Of a stretch of 64,000 nucleotides of DNA, positions 24,330-36,692 are shown piece after piece; the stretch's first letter is position 1, and each line of letters starts with the position of its first letter. The notes under the pieces are model-generated. The model saw only the letters and a list, made by a program, of their open reading frames with translations, made no database searches and was not told where the DNA came from. The position numbers and the translations under genes were made by a program. The DNA is from Lama glama (Eukaryota), in NCBI GenBank assembly GCA_028534125.1, contig CM052839.1:41726001-41790000 (forward strand), given 5' to 3'.

Positions 24330-24969
24330 TTCCATTTAAAATATATGCTTTCTCTCTGCTTAAAAAATTACATTTACAGTTGAAAGAGTTTGGACTTCGG
24401 GGATCTGTTAATCCCGCTGCCCCCACCCCTGCCAGCTTTGCCTCACTGAGGGCAGGCAGGGGCGGGAGCAGAGGCTGGCCTGGGCACTGCCACCGCCGCT
24501 GCGAGCAGGCCCCTGGCTGCTTATTTACATGTCCTATGTACACCTGCGGGGGACCAGGCCAGACACTCAGCCTCTTCCAGCCTGCCAGGAGCTAGGACGG
24601 CAAAGTGGGTGGCAAGAGGCCCTCAACACAGGGACTCAAGACACGGGGGACAGAGGAAGCACCCCAAGAAGCCCTGCTACCACTTCTTTCTTCCAGGGGA
24701 GGAAGCTCTTACCGGGCCCCTGTCCAAAAGGCAGGGCCATCCCATCAGATTACACACTGGAGGGGGCTTTGCTGAGATGTCAGTTTCTGACAGGTCCCCT
24801 CAGCTCCCTGGGGCAGGAGCAGGGGGCAAGGGTGCTGCCTCCTGGAGCGGTGGTGCTGACAGCTGCTGGCCTGGAGCAGCCTAAGCAGGAGCTGCTTCCG
24901 TGCTGGGGGAAAGGCATTGGTCGCTGCAGGTCATGGTGTGCACTGCTGAAGGCTACCAGCAGGTCCAGC

Positions 24970-27900
24970 TCAGTCCAGCATGGCATCCAGCTGGTTAGCC
25001 AGGGCGTCGAACATGGTGCTGATGTCATCCAGAATGTGCTTGGTGGAGGTGCCAGGAGGGCTGCAGCAGGGGAAGGACTGGGTCAGATCAGCCAGTGGTC
25101 TGCATCCTGCCGGCCCTGGGCAAGGGGGCTACTACCGAGAGCCCGGTTGGTGCAAGCACTTGGTGTACATCTTCTAATTCTCACAGCTTCCTGAAGCAGT
25201 AGGAGTTACTGTTCCCTTCCTTGCACAAACACACTGGGGCTCAGAGAGATAAGTGACTTGCCCAAACTCACTTGCCTCTAAGAGGCACCAGGATTCCCTG
25301 CAGGTCAAGTCTGGGAGGCTCCAGAACCTGGGCTCCTCCCATCCCAACAGGGGCCTCCCCAGCCTGAGGATCTGCCTGCAACAAGACAGTGATGTCCCCC
25401 TCCCAACATTCCTGGAACCCTGGGAAAAGGATTCAGGAGGAATTGCTCTTATGCCGCCTTCTCCACCTCCCGGCCCAGCACCCAGCACCCCTCACCCATC
25501 TCGCTCCTCAGCGCCGATGCTCTTCTCTGCGGCCCGCAATGCAGCTGCCAAGGATGAACTGGTCTGCTCCAGTCTCTGCTGGGCCCGGCCTGGGCCCGCA
25601 GCCCCANNNNNNNNNNNNNNNNNNNNNNNNNNNNNNNNNNNNNNNNNNNNNNNNNNNNNNNNNNNNNNNNNNNNNNNNNNNNNNNNNNNNNNNNNNNNNN
25701 NNNNNNNNNNNNNNNNNNNNNNNNNNNNNNNNNNNNNNGGCTTGTGACTCAGCTGGGCTAGACACCACCCCTGCAAACCACCCCCTCTCCCTGCAGACCC
25801 AGCCTCTTACCTGCTCCAGGCACCTTGATGAGGGCAGCGGGGGGAGCCGGGGGCTCCATCTCCCCATGCCGCCAATTGCCTGCTGAGTTTTCCGGAGCCG
25901 GGCCAGGGCAGGGAGGCACTGGGGCCTGGGTCGGGGGACTGGAACAAGGAGGGGCTGGAGCTCCTGGAGTTGGAAGGCTGCTAGGGTCAGGCCGGGAAGG
26001 GCTAGGAGAAGCTGAGGGGGACTCACTGGGGGCCTGGGAGGGCAGGGGAGCAGGGGGGCTGGGCGTGGCACCCGCCACCCCAAAGGCCAGGAGTGCCGTC
26101 TGCAGCGGCTCCCTCTCCCGGCATTTGGGCCTCCGCTTAACAGTGTCTGACTCTGTGAGGTTGAAATCGAGGCCGGGTGGCACGGGTGTCTCCCGGGGTG
26201 GGGGGCCTGCCGGCTTGGGGCGCTGTTTGATAGTCAGGTTTCCCTCCTCTGCAAATGGGAGCCCTTCCCCTGAGCTGCCCCGGGACGGGGGTGTCCCCTC
26301 AGGCCCTGGCTCCTCCTCCTCCGTGTCCGATGCAGGGCCAGCTGGGGCTGGTGGGCCAGGGGGCTCTGAGGGGCCGGTAGGTTCACTCAGTGTTCGTCTC
26401 CGGGACCCAGCAGCCCCCTCCTTGGGCCCAGGGCTTCCATCTAGTGGAGGCGGCTCCGGAGTAGGGCCAGAGACAGAGCTGAGGCGCTTGGGGGGTGGGG
26501 GTGGGGGTCCTTTGCGGCGGGCTCTAAGGGCAAAGGACTGGCTGCGGGGAGCCCCTCGGGTTGGGGTCAGGCTGGGGCTGGTCCGGGCTAGGGCGCTGCG
26601 TCCTGGTCGCCGGGTCAGGGTGGCGTAACTGCCCAAGGCACTATCCACTGGCCCTTCAGCCTCCCCCTCTGCTTCCCCCTCGGCTGCACAGGGGCGGCTC
26701 AGGCTCTGGGACCGGCGCTTGGGCCGAGGGGGGTCTGGAGGAGTGGCAGGGGGCCCAGCCAAGTAGGAGAAGGCCCGAGGTGCACCAGGTGGCGGCCCTG
26801 GAGCTGGGTTGGAGAGCGAGCCCTGGGGGTACATAAAAACATAAGAGGGGGGTCCTTGGCCAGGAAGTGGGGAACAAAGCTTAGAGGGCCGCTCCGTGCC
26901 CTCTGGAAGATTCCTCTCCTGTGGGGTGTTGGTGTCTCCACCACTGGGTTGGGGGGCAGGCTGTTCCTGTGAATGACCGGACCCTCGTGAGCGTGCTCCA
27001 ATGCTCTCCTGGCTAGGGGAACGGGCAGGGGGCAGGGGGAGTGGCTCAGGGCCACCCCCTGCCATGGCTGCCTGTAGCTCCGGGCTCAGCTCGCTGCCCT
27101 GAAAGGTGAGGAGGCGTGGGCCAGCTGCAGCCGGACTGTCCCCATTCTCCATCCCCTCGATGGCCATCAGTTCCGGGCCCTTGGCCAGCCGGCGGCCGCC
27201 TTCCCCTGGGACCTCGCCCTGCAGTAGGCCCCGCCGAAGCTCAGCCAGCCGCTTCACCCCCAGCATAAGCTTCTTCTGGTGACCTGAGTGGGGTGGGGAG
27301 AGGCAGCAAAGTTAGCTGGTGCTGGAAAGGGTCACCCTAGTCCCTCCTGGACCCCGAAAACATTTTGGAGACCCTGGCGAGCACGTGGGGGCCCAGCTAG
27401 AAGGCCCAGGGCAGTCCTCACCCAGCTTGTTGACACCGATCTCCTGCAGCTCCTCCCAGGTGAGGTCGGCCACCAGTCCCATGGAGTCGTAGCCGCTGCT
27501 CACCAGCTGCTTGTGGTACTGGGGCAGCCCCAGTGCGCACAGCCACTCCAGCAAGTCCGCCTGGAAGAGCAGCACCATCGGAGCTGGCTCCCCGGGCAGC
27601 CTCGGTCCCCAAGCCACGAAGGCACCGCAAAGCCCCAGGTGAAGGTAGGAGCCCGTGCTGGCCGCCTACTCACTGGGATGTAGTTGGGCAGCCACTCGGC
27701 AATGCTGAGCTGGGCGATCTCTGAGGCGATCTTCTTCCTATGCCCTGGCTTGGTCACCCCGATGGCTGTCAGGTCCTGCCACACAGAGTTGTGCCATCAG
27801 GCCCCCTTCTCTGCCCGTTGGTTTCCAAACTGCCCTCCCGTTGCGGCTCCTACCTCGGGTGTCATGCGGCTGATAGTTGGCACGTCATAGCCGGCCTGCA

Positions 27901-30900
27901 GAAAGTGGGCAGTGTAGCCCTCCAGCTGGAACTCACTCAGCCAGTTATGAATGGCCTGAGCATCCTGTGGCGTGGGGTGAGGGGGTGAAGTTAACAGAGC
28001 TGAGTCTGCTTGGGGAGGCCAAGATCACAGCCCAGCCATCAACCCCAGCCTCCCCAGGGACCTGGTCTGAGCAGGGACTTAAGTTCACACTGAGGCCCAC
28101 CCCACCCCCTACCATGGGCCTATGGCCCACTCCCTAGTAGAGGTCACACCTTCCCCTCCAGCAGCTGCTCTGGCCTCACATCCTGGGTGAAGAGCTGCTC
28201 CCCAGAGCGATAGTTGGCCAGAGGGCGGTGGTTCAGGTTGTCTTCAAGGAGGAAGAGAAATGGAATCAGGGTGGCAGAATAAAGGGCTGCCGAGCCTTCA
28301 GCCTCCCCACCTGCACTTCTCTTAGCCCACCCAGGTCCCAGTCACCCTTCCTACCTGCCAGGGATGGAGGGTGCAGTCCCGGCAGCACCTGGTCCTCTCC
28401 GGCAGAGGGTAGCGGCTGGAGACAAGGAAGGAGCTGACTCAGCGTTTGAGGAACTGCAGCAGCGGGGAGGGACTGGCCCTGGCCCCAACGCCCCCTCCCT
28501 CCTACCTGGGCGTTCTCAATAAGGAGGCTGGTGCTGTGGCCATTGGTGCCCTCGGAACTTTGCCCGCTGCCAGCACTGCGGATGCTGCCCACACTGCCCT
28601 CACTGCCCACACTGTTCCTGTCACCTGCTGCAGGGGGCAGAAGCCAAGGGGTCAGAGCCTCAGCTGGCCCTACCAACAGCTGACTGGCAGCTTGCCAAAA
28701 CCAGATGCCCACCCTGGTGCCTAGCACTACCCCTGGGGAGGATGTACCTGGGCTGTCTGGGCTGAGGCCCACCCGAGGCAGCTGGCCATAGGTAACAGGG
28801 TGCAGGGGGTCATCAGCAGGGGGCTGTGGTGTCCGGGAGAAGCCTGGGCGCAGAGGGGTGGGCGCCGAAGGAAGGCGGGGTGCAAGCACACCCACCCGCT
28901 TGCTGACCACTTCGACAATGCCTGGGGGAAAGTAGCCCACGCGGTCCGTGCCCCTCTGGCTCTCGTGGATGTGGCCCTTCCAGCGGCCGTCAGGATGCTG
29001 CTCAAGCACCTGTGGCAGTTTGGGGCGGGGAATGATGACAATGGTAACTTCCTGCACCTGTGGTCCAGCTCCTCTCCTCCCTCCAAGGAGGTGGTCTCTG
29101 ATGTCCAAGCCGGCCCACAGTTCTGCTGCTGCTGCTGCCAGCATCCCGCTCAGTCCCCTGTGTGCCTCCAGGGCATACAAGTAAGAGTCCTGGATTCAAA
29201 TCATAGCTCCACCTCTTGCTAGCTTGAGACTCTAGACAAATCACTTTAATTCTCTAAGTCTCAATTTTGTCAGCTCTAAAAAGGAAATGGTGAGAGTGCC
29301 TATTTTACATGGGTTGGGAAGAATTCAATGAGACAGCACACATAAAGACCTTAATACAGAGCTCAATCCACAGTAGGTACCCAAGTAAGTGACAGCAATC
29401 ATTTGAGCTCACAAAGGAATGCCTGCACTGGGTCCTCACCGTGATGACGTCACCTGCCCGGACATTGAGAGCAGTGGGATCGTGGAGGTTCCAGAAATCC
29501 TTGAGTGCTCGGACCTTCAGGATCCCTGAGGCCTCTAAGAGAAGTAGGAGGACAGATGCCATCTGGGGGTCTTTAGATTATCTTTCCAGTCTTCCAGGCC
29601 CCTTCACGACCCTCCCCCAGGTCCCTGCCTCATCATTCCCGCAGCATCCCCCGACCAGCTGTGGGCCCAGGAGTGTGGCATCCATTCCTTATCCACTTCT
29701 AGTACCCTCTGGAGTGGCTCTGGACCCCTTGGGCTAGGTCTCCCAAACACACTCACCCCGAAGTAGCTGCTTGATTTCCCGGCTGGCCTGGGAGGTGGTG
29801 AACTGATTCACGATGTCCAGTGCCGTCTGGTTATACGTGTTCCGAATGTTCACATCCACCCCACCCTGGGTGCACAGTGCGGTGTGAGCGTGTGACACCT
29901 GGTTTGTCATGTCTCCCAATCCTAAGGACTACCCAGGAGGAAGCTACTATTTTCAGAGTTTACAGATGAGGAAATGGAAGCACAGAGATGAGGTTAAGGA
30001 CAAGCTCAAGGTCACTCAGCTAGTAAGAGGTAGACTGGGGCTCGAACCAGGTCTGTCTGCTCTCCAGACACTTGGCCCCACCTAAACCAAACACCACACT
30101 GGTGGTGGAGACCCCCTCCTGCACCTCTCCAGCTGGGCATGGACCTGGCACCTGGTGGGGATCCGTGTACACCTGTGGGGAGACCAGGTGCCCACACCCA
30201 CCTCCAGGAGGAGCCGCACCACCTCGGTCTTGCCGTATAGTGCGGCCTCGTGGAGAGCAGTGCCTGTCTTGGTCTGGCGGTTGATCTCAATCCCAGCTCT
30301 TAGGAGCTGCCTGTGGAGGGCAGGGTGAGTTATGGGTTGGGGTGGGTGTGGGGACAGGAGAGGAAGCCAATTGCTGGGGGCCGGGAGAGTGATCCAGAGC
30401 AAGGGTGAAGAGGGCAGAAGGGCAGGGCACTGAAGGGACACCACCAGTCCCACAGGAAGAGGATGAGGAAGTGGGGGGGGCCCCGGTGGGTACCTGATGA
30501 CCTCTCTGTGGCCATTCTTGGCAGCCAAGTGCAGGGGTGTGGTATAGTTGGGGTCACATGGGTCCTTGGCCTCCCCTTCCAGCAGCGCCACGCATAAGTG
30601 GCTGTTCAGTAACAGCTGGGCCACCTGTGGCAACTGGCACTCAGGCAAGGCATCCTCCTAAGACCCCACAAAAGCCCAGACCCCAGTATCACAAGGGCAG
30701 CAGGCCTCACCTTTAGCCGTCCAAATTCGCAGGCCAGGTCCAAGGGCGTCTTCTTGGCCTTGTTGACCAAGCACGGGTTGGACTGATGCTGGAGGAGCAT
30801 TTCTGACTGGGTGGGGGCAGCCGAGTGAGGGGTCTGGCCTGGCCAGCCCCCTGCACAAGCCCCTGTCCCCATCTCAGCGCCCCTGTAGGCAGGCAGGTGC

Positions 30901-33900
30901 ACATACCACTTCATAGTGTCCATACTGGGCAGCCAGGTGCAGAGGGATCTGTCCATCCAGTGAGGCAGCGTTCACGGCCGCAGAGGCCCGCAGTAGCAGC
31001 CTCACGGGTTCCAGCCGGCCCTGCCAGGCCGCATAGTGCAGCGGGCGCATGCCTGCAGCGGGGAAGGGGTTCTGAGGGAGGTCCCAGGATGGCGTGGGGT
31101 CAGGGGAGGGAACTGAGCAGTCTGGAGCCACCCCAGCTGGAGGGGAGACAGACCCAACAATGCTGGCTTCACCGGGGTTTGGTCAGGGAGAGGTCTGGCT
31201 GTATGAGGCTGAAGCCAGAATCCCACCGAGCCTGCCACAAATGATCTGGTGACCTCATGACGGTGATGTAACCTCAACCTCCTCATCTGGATAATGGGAT
31301 GTCAGTACCACCCACTACCCCAGAGGCTGTGAAGACTGAAGCGGTAAAGCATTTGCAAGCTCAGAGAAGCTATGCCAACATCTATGAGCACTGTAACGAT
31401 GCAGCAGGGGCAAACTCTGACCACCTGGGTAGGGGGTGCCCTGGGGCCTCACCATTGCTGTCCTTGATGTCAACGGTGGCCTGAGCCTCCAGCAGCAGGG
31501 CTATGAGCTCCAGGCTACCCCCCAGGGCGGCGTGGTGGAGGGCAGAGAATCTGGATATAAGGTAGGGGGGTCTTGGTGTGCGGCCCCTACCCCCCAGATC
31601 TTGGTCTTCCAAAGCAGACCCATCCTGGGGGCTGGCAGGGATGAGCTACTTGCCCACTGTGCCCTGTACCCCCACTCTGCCAGCCCTGCCGTGGGAGCGC
31701 AGAGCAGCCGGGCTGCAGCATGAAAGGGCTCAGTGTCTGGGCTGAGAGGCCTGTTTGTCTGGCCTCCCCCACAGCCGGCCCAGGGGAGGGGGCTGTGGGA
31801 GCAGGAGCCTGAGGGCTCCTACCCTCCAGGGAGAAAAGGGGGCCCAGCAGGAATCTGACCCAAGGAGGCCCCTCATAGAGGCACCAGAGCCCACTCCCCT
31901 TACGAAGGGAGAGCTCCATGGGCAGGTGGGTGGGCAGGGCCCAGAGCTATCCACAAACACACTTCAAGGGCCAAGTTTGAGAGGGGAAGGGACTCTAGGC
32001 CCCGGGTCTTTCCCCTCCCTGCCCCCACCCCACCGCTCTCTCTAGAGGGACAAGAGCTCCCACTCACCCATCAGCATCCTGGTAGTTGACATTGAGTCTC
32101 TTCGTGGAGCCAAGGAGCTCTGGGGGTCAGAGCGGGAGGCATCAGGGCACCCTCGAATGATCCACCCTTACCCAAACCTAACCCAGTGCACCCTCCCCAC
32201 CCACCTCCCAACTCCAGCTGACCTCTTGGAGTGCAGAAAAGCACCTGCCCCATGGCCCTTTAGCCGGCCTGTCCCCAGGGCTCTCGACCGTGGCCCAGCT
32301 GCTCCAGGGTACCAAGTGCAGGGAGCTGCTGCAGTAGTGGCCTGGCTTCCCCAGGCCCCCAGCCCCGCTTGTTTATAGAGTCAAAGGGGGCGGAGATGGG
32401 GGGGGGCTGGCATGCCGTGCCCTCTATGGACAGGCCCACGAGCACATGGTTAGCATTCCTGCCTGAAGGGCCAAGGAGCAAGTCTCATTGTCCCACGGGG
32501 GCTGGGACACGAGTGGGCTGGGAGAGAAAGGAGGGGGGACGAGATGCCCTAGAGTAGAGGGCAAGTGCCAGGGCTGGACTGAAAGGTACACTGCCTGGCC
32601 CTGGGGCATCCCTGAGTGGGAGCCTGGTGGGGAAGGTGGCATCACACAGACCTCCACCGTGCCTGGGCTCTGCCATGTAATAGGTGTGTGTTCCTGGGCA
32701 AGTCAATTAACCTCTTAGGTTCCGTGCTCATCTGTAAAATGGGCTGATCCCAGAACCTGCTCACAGGGGTGTGTACACAATGCCTGACCCTCGTCAGCAC
32801 GCAAAAGATGGGAGATATCCACGCTTACACACCAGCCATTACCACCAAGATGCTGGCCTCCAGCAAAAGCTGGTACAGACCCTCCCACTGGCCCCTGTCA
32901 GGGGAGTAACTGCTGACTCTGCACCCATAGGCTCCTAGCAGAGAGGTCCACACCCTGGGGCAGGGGGCTCTTTAATGAGTGGTGGCAAGAAAAGCCAGGA
33001 GCGTGGGTAGGATGCTGGTTCATACCCCTCTCGGGGGCAGGGACAGGATTCATGCAGGTGTGCTCCATGCGTGAGCCAGGGAACGGGAGGGGGCGGCCCT
33101 TGATGAGTGCTGGGGAGGGGAAGGAGAATGCCTATCACTGGCGGCCCCTGCCTCCTACTGGAACCCACCCCTGCTGGGAAGGAGGAGGCCTGGCTCAACC
33201 CGGCTGGGCAGGGTGCCAAGCATGCTGGTCCAGGCCTGCCCCCCAGGCCCTCGTGGGCCCCTGAATACCCCAGCAAGACAGGGCCTCATTCCAATAGGGA
33301 GGGAACAACCCTGCAGTGAGGAGCCTAGGATGGGGAGAGAGGGGACAGCTACATTTAGGGCTGAGCCGAATGACACTACATCAAAAAGGAAAACACAGAG
33401 CCAAGGAGTGATGGAAGAGGTGAGGGGGTGGGGGCCGCGGGAAAGAAACACAGGCCTCCCAGCTTTCCTGGAGCCCCCCTTGGAAAGTGCTTGTCACACA
33501 GAACCATTCAGGGCAGTGGAAAGAACTGGGGCCCTAGAAGCAGGAAGTGCGTGGTTCAAATTCTTCTCCCTCTTATTGGCTGTGTGACCTTGGCCAGCCA
33601 TGGTACCTTTCTGAGCCTCAGGGAAGACAACAAGGTCAAATAGGGAAGAGACACAGAAAGTCCTTCCACCTGCTGGGACAGTCTGGGATGGGGCAGCTTG
33701 ATGGTGAGATGCGGCCCCTCAAAGGAGTGGCAGGACAACGTGACAGGAGGGACAGGAACAGGGGCTGGGTGGCTCTGTTCTTTCCAGAACAATGGCCGGA
33801 AAGGCAGTTGGGGAGAGGCTCCGAATGACTGAGCTGGAGACCTTGGGAGGGTGGAGGGTCCTGGTTCCTGGCAGTGGCTCCAGGCACTTCCTTTGCAGCT

Positions 33901-36287
33901 CGACTTTCTTTCCAGGCCTGGCTCTGGGGGTGGAAGGGTCGCTCCTGATTTAGGCTGGGGCAGAGGATGTGAGCTCAGCGGGCCACCCCCAGTCCACTCC
34001 ATTTCCTCTGGCCAGAGAAGGAGAAGGCTCAGAAAAGGGAGTAGGGGAGGGAGGGAGGGCAGAGGCAAGGCCAGGGCAACTGTACCCCTCTCCTCCCAGC
34101 CACCTGCTTCCTGAAGAAGACCTAGGTAGGCAGGGAAAGCTGGCCCCCTGTGACCAGATATCAGATGGAGTAGGTTGAGGGAGCACCTCTCTTTGGACAC
34201 CCAGAAAGCTCTAGCCACCACCCAGAGGGGAAGAGGGGAGCCCTGACACCTCCCTTCCGGCAGTTTCCTTTGCCTTTCTGAGTATGGAGCCAGAGTATTC
34301 TGAGAACTACTTTAGAATCACCAGAAGAACTTTCTGTGATGATTCTATAATTCTACGGGAGACCAGGGAGCCTGCACTTTCAGAACAAACCCTAGGTAAT
34401 TCTGATGGGCAGCCCAGTATGGGAGCACAGGGCAGAGGACATGGGGTTGTCTTTGATCTGCCCCACAATGGCTGTGTGATCTTGGGCAAGACACTAACCC
34501 TCTCTGAGAGTCAGTTCCCTTATTTGTAAAGTGTATGTAGAAATATCCATCTCACAGGGAATTGAAGGGATTACAATATTTCATAAACTGAAGGGGCTGC
34601 AAATGTCACCTTGTGATCTCCTTTTTGCCACCAACTTTCCCAGCTTCTCAGAGGACTGGGGAGACACAGTGCCAGGACCTCACAAGGAGTCCCAGGACCC
34701 TATCACTCTGTGCCTGTGCCTCTACTCTGTGCAAATCCCCTGGGGGCTGGGGTAAGGGTCCTCTTCACCACAGACATTTCCCCCTTGGGCACAGGGGACC
34801 TTTCTGGAGCCTAGGAGCCTGGCTGCAAGGTTCCTGCCACCAGCCTCGAGACCCCAATCGCTTGCCCTCCTGAGGGCCTCACTCTGAGGCCCCAAGGCCT
34901 TGAGGCCAGAAGCAGCTCAACCAAGCCTCCACTGGCAGGTTGCCAAAAACAACACAGAGGTGAGGGGAGGAGGGGTAGTGGTTCCTACTCTTGAGCCTCT
35001 AGGGCCCTCCTGGACCCCGCTTGGCACCTTTCCCCAAACAAGCTCACCCTGCACCCATTTCCCCAGGGCACAGAGAGCACCCCCTACAGCTCCATCTCAT
35101 TATACCCTGGGTGTCCTGCCCTGCTGTGCAAGTGGGTACACATGGGCACAACTCCCAGGCCCTTAAAATTCTTCCTTCTGGCTCCTCATACTCCCAGGTG
35201 TGAGTGGGGATAATTAGATGTCTTCAGGTAGCCTGGGGGACTCCTTCCTGTGCAAAAGGCCAAGGTCTGTCTTGGGTCTAGAACCCCAGCACTCTGGAAG
35301 GACTCGCTCTCCTCCAGCCCGTTTGGTGGCAGGAGCCATCTGCCCCTGCTGGTCTAGGAACTCAAGAGGACAAGTTCACTGTCCTCTTGGGACAGTCCAG
35401 AGAGCTTGCCTGAAGCCCAGAGGTCCACTCTCCTGGGGGGAGGTCTCACTGCAGAGGTACTCAAGAGATGGGGCTCAGGTTTGGCCACCTGGGCACGAAG
35501 CCCCCACAACTCTGTCAAGACTAGTGACCTGAGGCTGTGGAGAAACCTTCAGAAAGTTAACTCTGGCCACACCCCTCCAGGGGACAAAGGCAGATAAGTC
35601 AGGGGGAAAGGGGGCTTTTAGTAAGTGGCTGGATAATGTTGAACTTTGTTTTAAGCAGAATTCTCTTTTAAAAGAAATCTTACAGATACCTGCATTAAGC
35701 TGACAAAAGAGCAGAGATGTGCTGGTTGAATTGGGAGGTGGGGATGGGGATGAAGCTCTACGTATTCAGTCTTTCCCCACCCATTGCCAAAAATCCCCTA
35801 GCTCCAAAGAACACACTGGAAAAACCACCTGCTAGAGACAACTCCATGAGGGCAGGAATTTCGGTTTGTTTTGTTGATTGCTGTGGCTCAGTGCTTAGAA
35901 CCAAGACTGGCACACAATAGACACTCAAAAAAATTTGAATGAATGTTCTTCAGTCTTTTGACTTTATAGGTGGGGAAACTGAAGCCCAGAGAAGTTAAGT
36001 GATTTGCCTAAGGAGACACAGCAAGGAGACCCAACTTCTTCTCTGGCTCTCCCACATAGAGACATGCCTTATACAGAAAAAGGCAGTCTTCCCACCCCAA
36101 GTCTCCAGATCAGAGTGACCCCTGTCCCAGACCTCTCTATATCCTGGCAATCAGGGAAGTCTCAGCTGGACAGTCACCCCACCAAGTACTCACTTGTCTT
36201 TGCCGCCTTGACTTTGGCAACCAATTTCTGCACACCAGTCACATCTCCATTCTTGACAGCGAGGATCAGGTCCTGTTCGCGACCCAT
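24970..36287 (-). CDS. CASKIN2: CASK-interacting protein 2 (ankyrin repeats, SH3, two SAM domains, Pro-rich region, C-terminal helix); 19 coding exons, ~1201 aa
   Basis: Minus-strand exons in transcript order: 36287-36194,32119-32068,31550-31453,31052-30907,30806-30711,30624-30494,30310-30202,29865-29757,29534-29440,29009-28748,28627-28506,28415-28355,28241-28150,27964-27854,27775-27674,27560-27422,27283-25811,(~25718, start in N gap)-25496,25060-24970. Translation [16 protein letters not shown]...[11 protein letters not shown]...[11 protein letters not shown]...[12 protein letters not shown]...[12 protein letters not shown]...[19 protein letters not shown]. Confidence 0.96.
25607..25738. other. 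Sequence gap (132 N) hiding the acceptor and 5' part of the penultimate CASKIN2 exon
   Basis: Run of N; the - strand resumes in frame ([19 protein letters not shown]). Confidence 0.95.
29190..29400 (+). mobile_element. MIR SINE
   Basis: cctggattcaaatc...aaatcactttaattctctaagtctcaatttt...tctaaaaaggaaat core. Confidence 0.7.
29940..30070 (-). mobile_element. MIR SINE
   Basis: tttacagatgaggaaatggaagcacagaga...aaggtcactcagctagtaag...ctcgaaccagg. Confidence 0.75.
32660..32790 (+). mobile_element. MIR SINE
   Basis: ctgggcaagtcaattaacctct...ctcatctgtaaaatggg. Confidence 0.7.
34450..34590 (+). mobile_element. MIR SINE
   Basis: gctgtgtgatcttgggcaagacactaaccctctctgagagtcagttcccttatttgtaaa. Confidence 0.7.
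35830..36030. mobile_element. L2 3' end followed by MIR fragment
   Basis: ctccatgagggcagg...tggcacacaatagacactcaa...gaatgaatg, then gaaactgaagcccagagaagttaagtgatttgcctaagg. Confidence 0.65.
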
Positions 36288-36692
36288 CCTGGTCCCTGGG
36301 CTAGGCTGTGGGCTCAGGAATCCAGGGTAGAGGCGGGAAACTGGTCTAAGCTGAGGCGTCAGGATGCCATCCCTTGGCCCTTTGGAGGGCCAGGCATCCA
36401 GGGGAAGCGTGTCTGGTTTCCCAGGCAGTGGATTTCCTTTTAGGTGCTGACAAGTACTCCTTCAAGGTGCTTCGTGAGCTGCTGCCACAAGCCAGAAAGC
36501 TGATCTCTGAGGGGGTGGAGGCTATGTGGAAATCTGGACGGATATCAGCTTGCAGCTTCTGACAGCCCTGGGATGGGCCGGGACTGGGTATACCAATCTT
36601 CCCAATGTGGCTCTGAAGCACCAGTGCCCACCCGGAGAGCAGCCAGCATTCCCTTGGGCCTCAGGCAGCAGTGGTGGACAGGTCTCAGGAGT
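36288..36692 (-). other. CASKIN2: CASKIN2 5' UTR part of the start-codon exon (exon ~36692-36194, 499 nt)
   Basis: Minus-strand acceptor ccttcagttgaccttttccAG at 36693; candidate upstream donors GTAAGT (37440) and GTGAGA (37887). Confidence 0.55.

Noticed and set aside
24529-25194. 221-aa + strand ORF
   Set aside because: Antisense to the CASKIN2 last exon and 3' UTR; no recognisable homology.
25825-26628. 267-aa + strand ORF antisense to the big CASKIN2 exon
   Set aside because: Gly/Ala-rich mirror of a Pro-rich GC-rich exon; stop depletion is expected.
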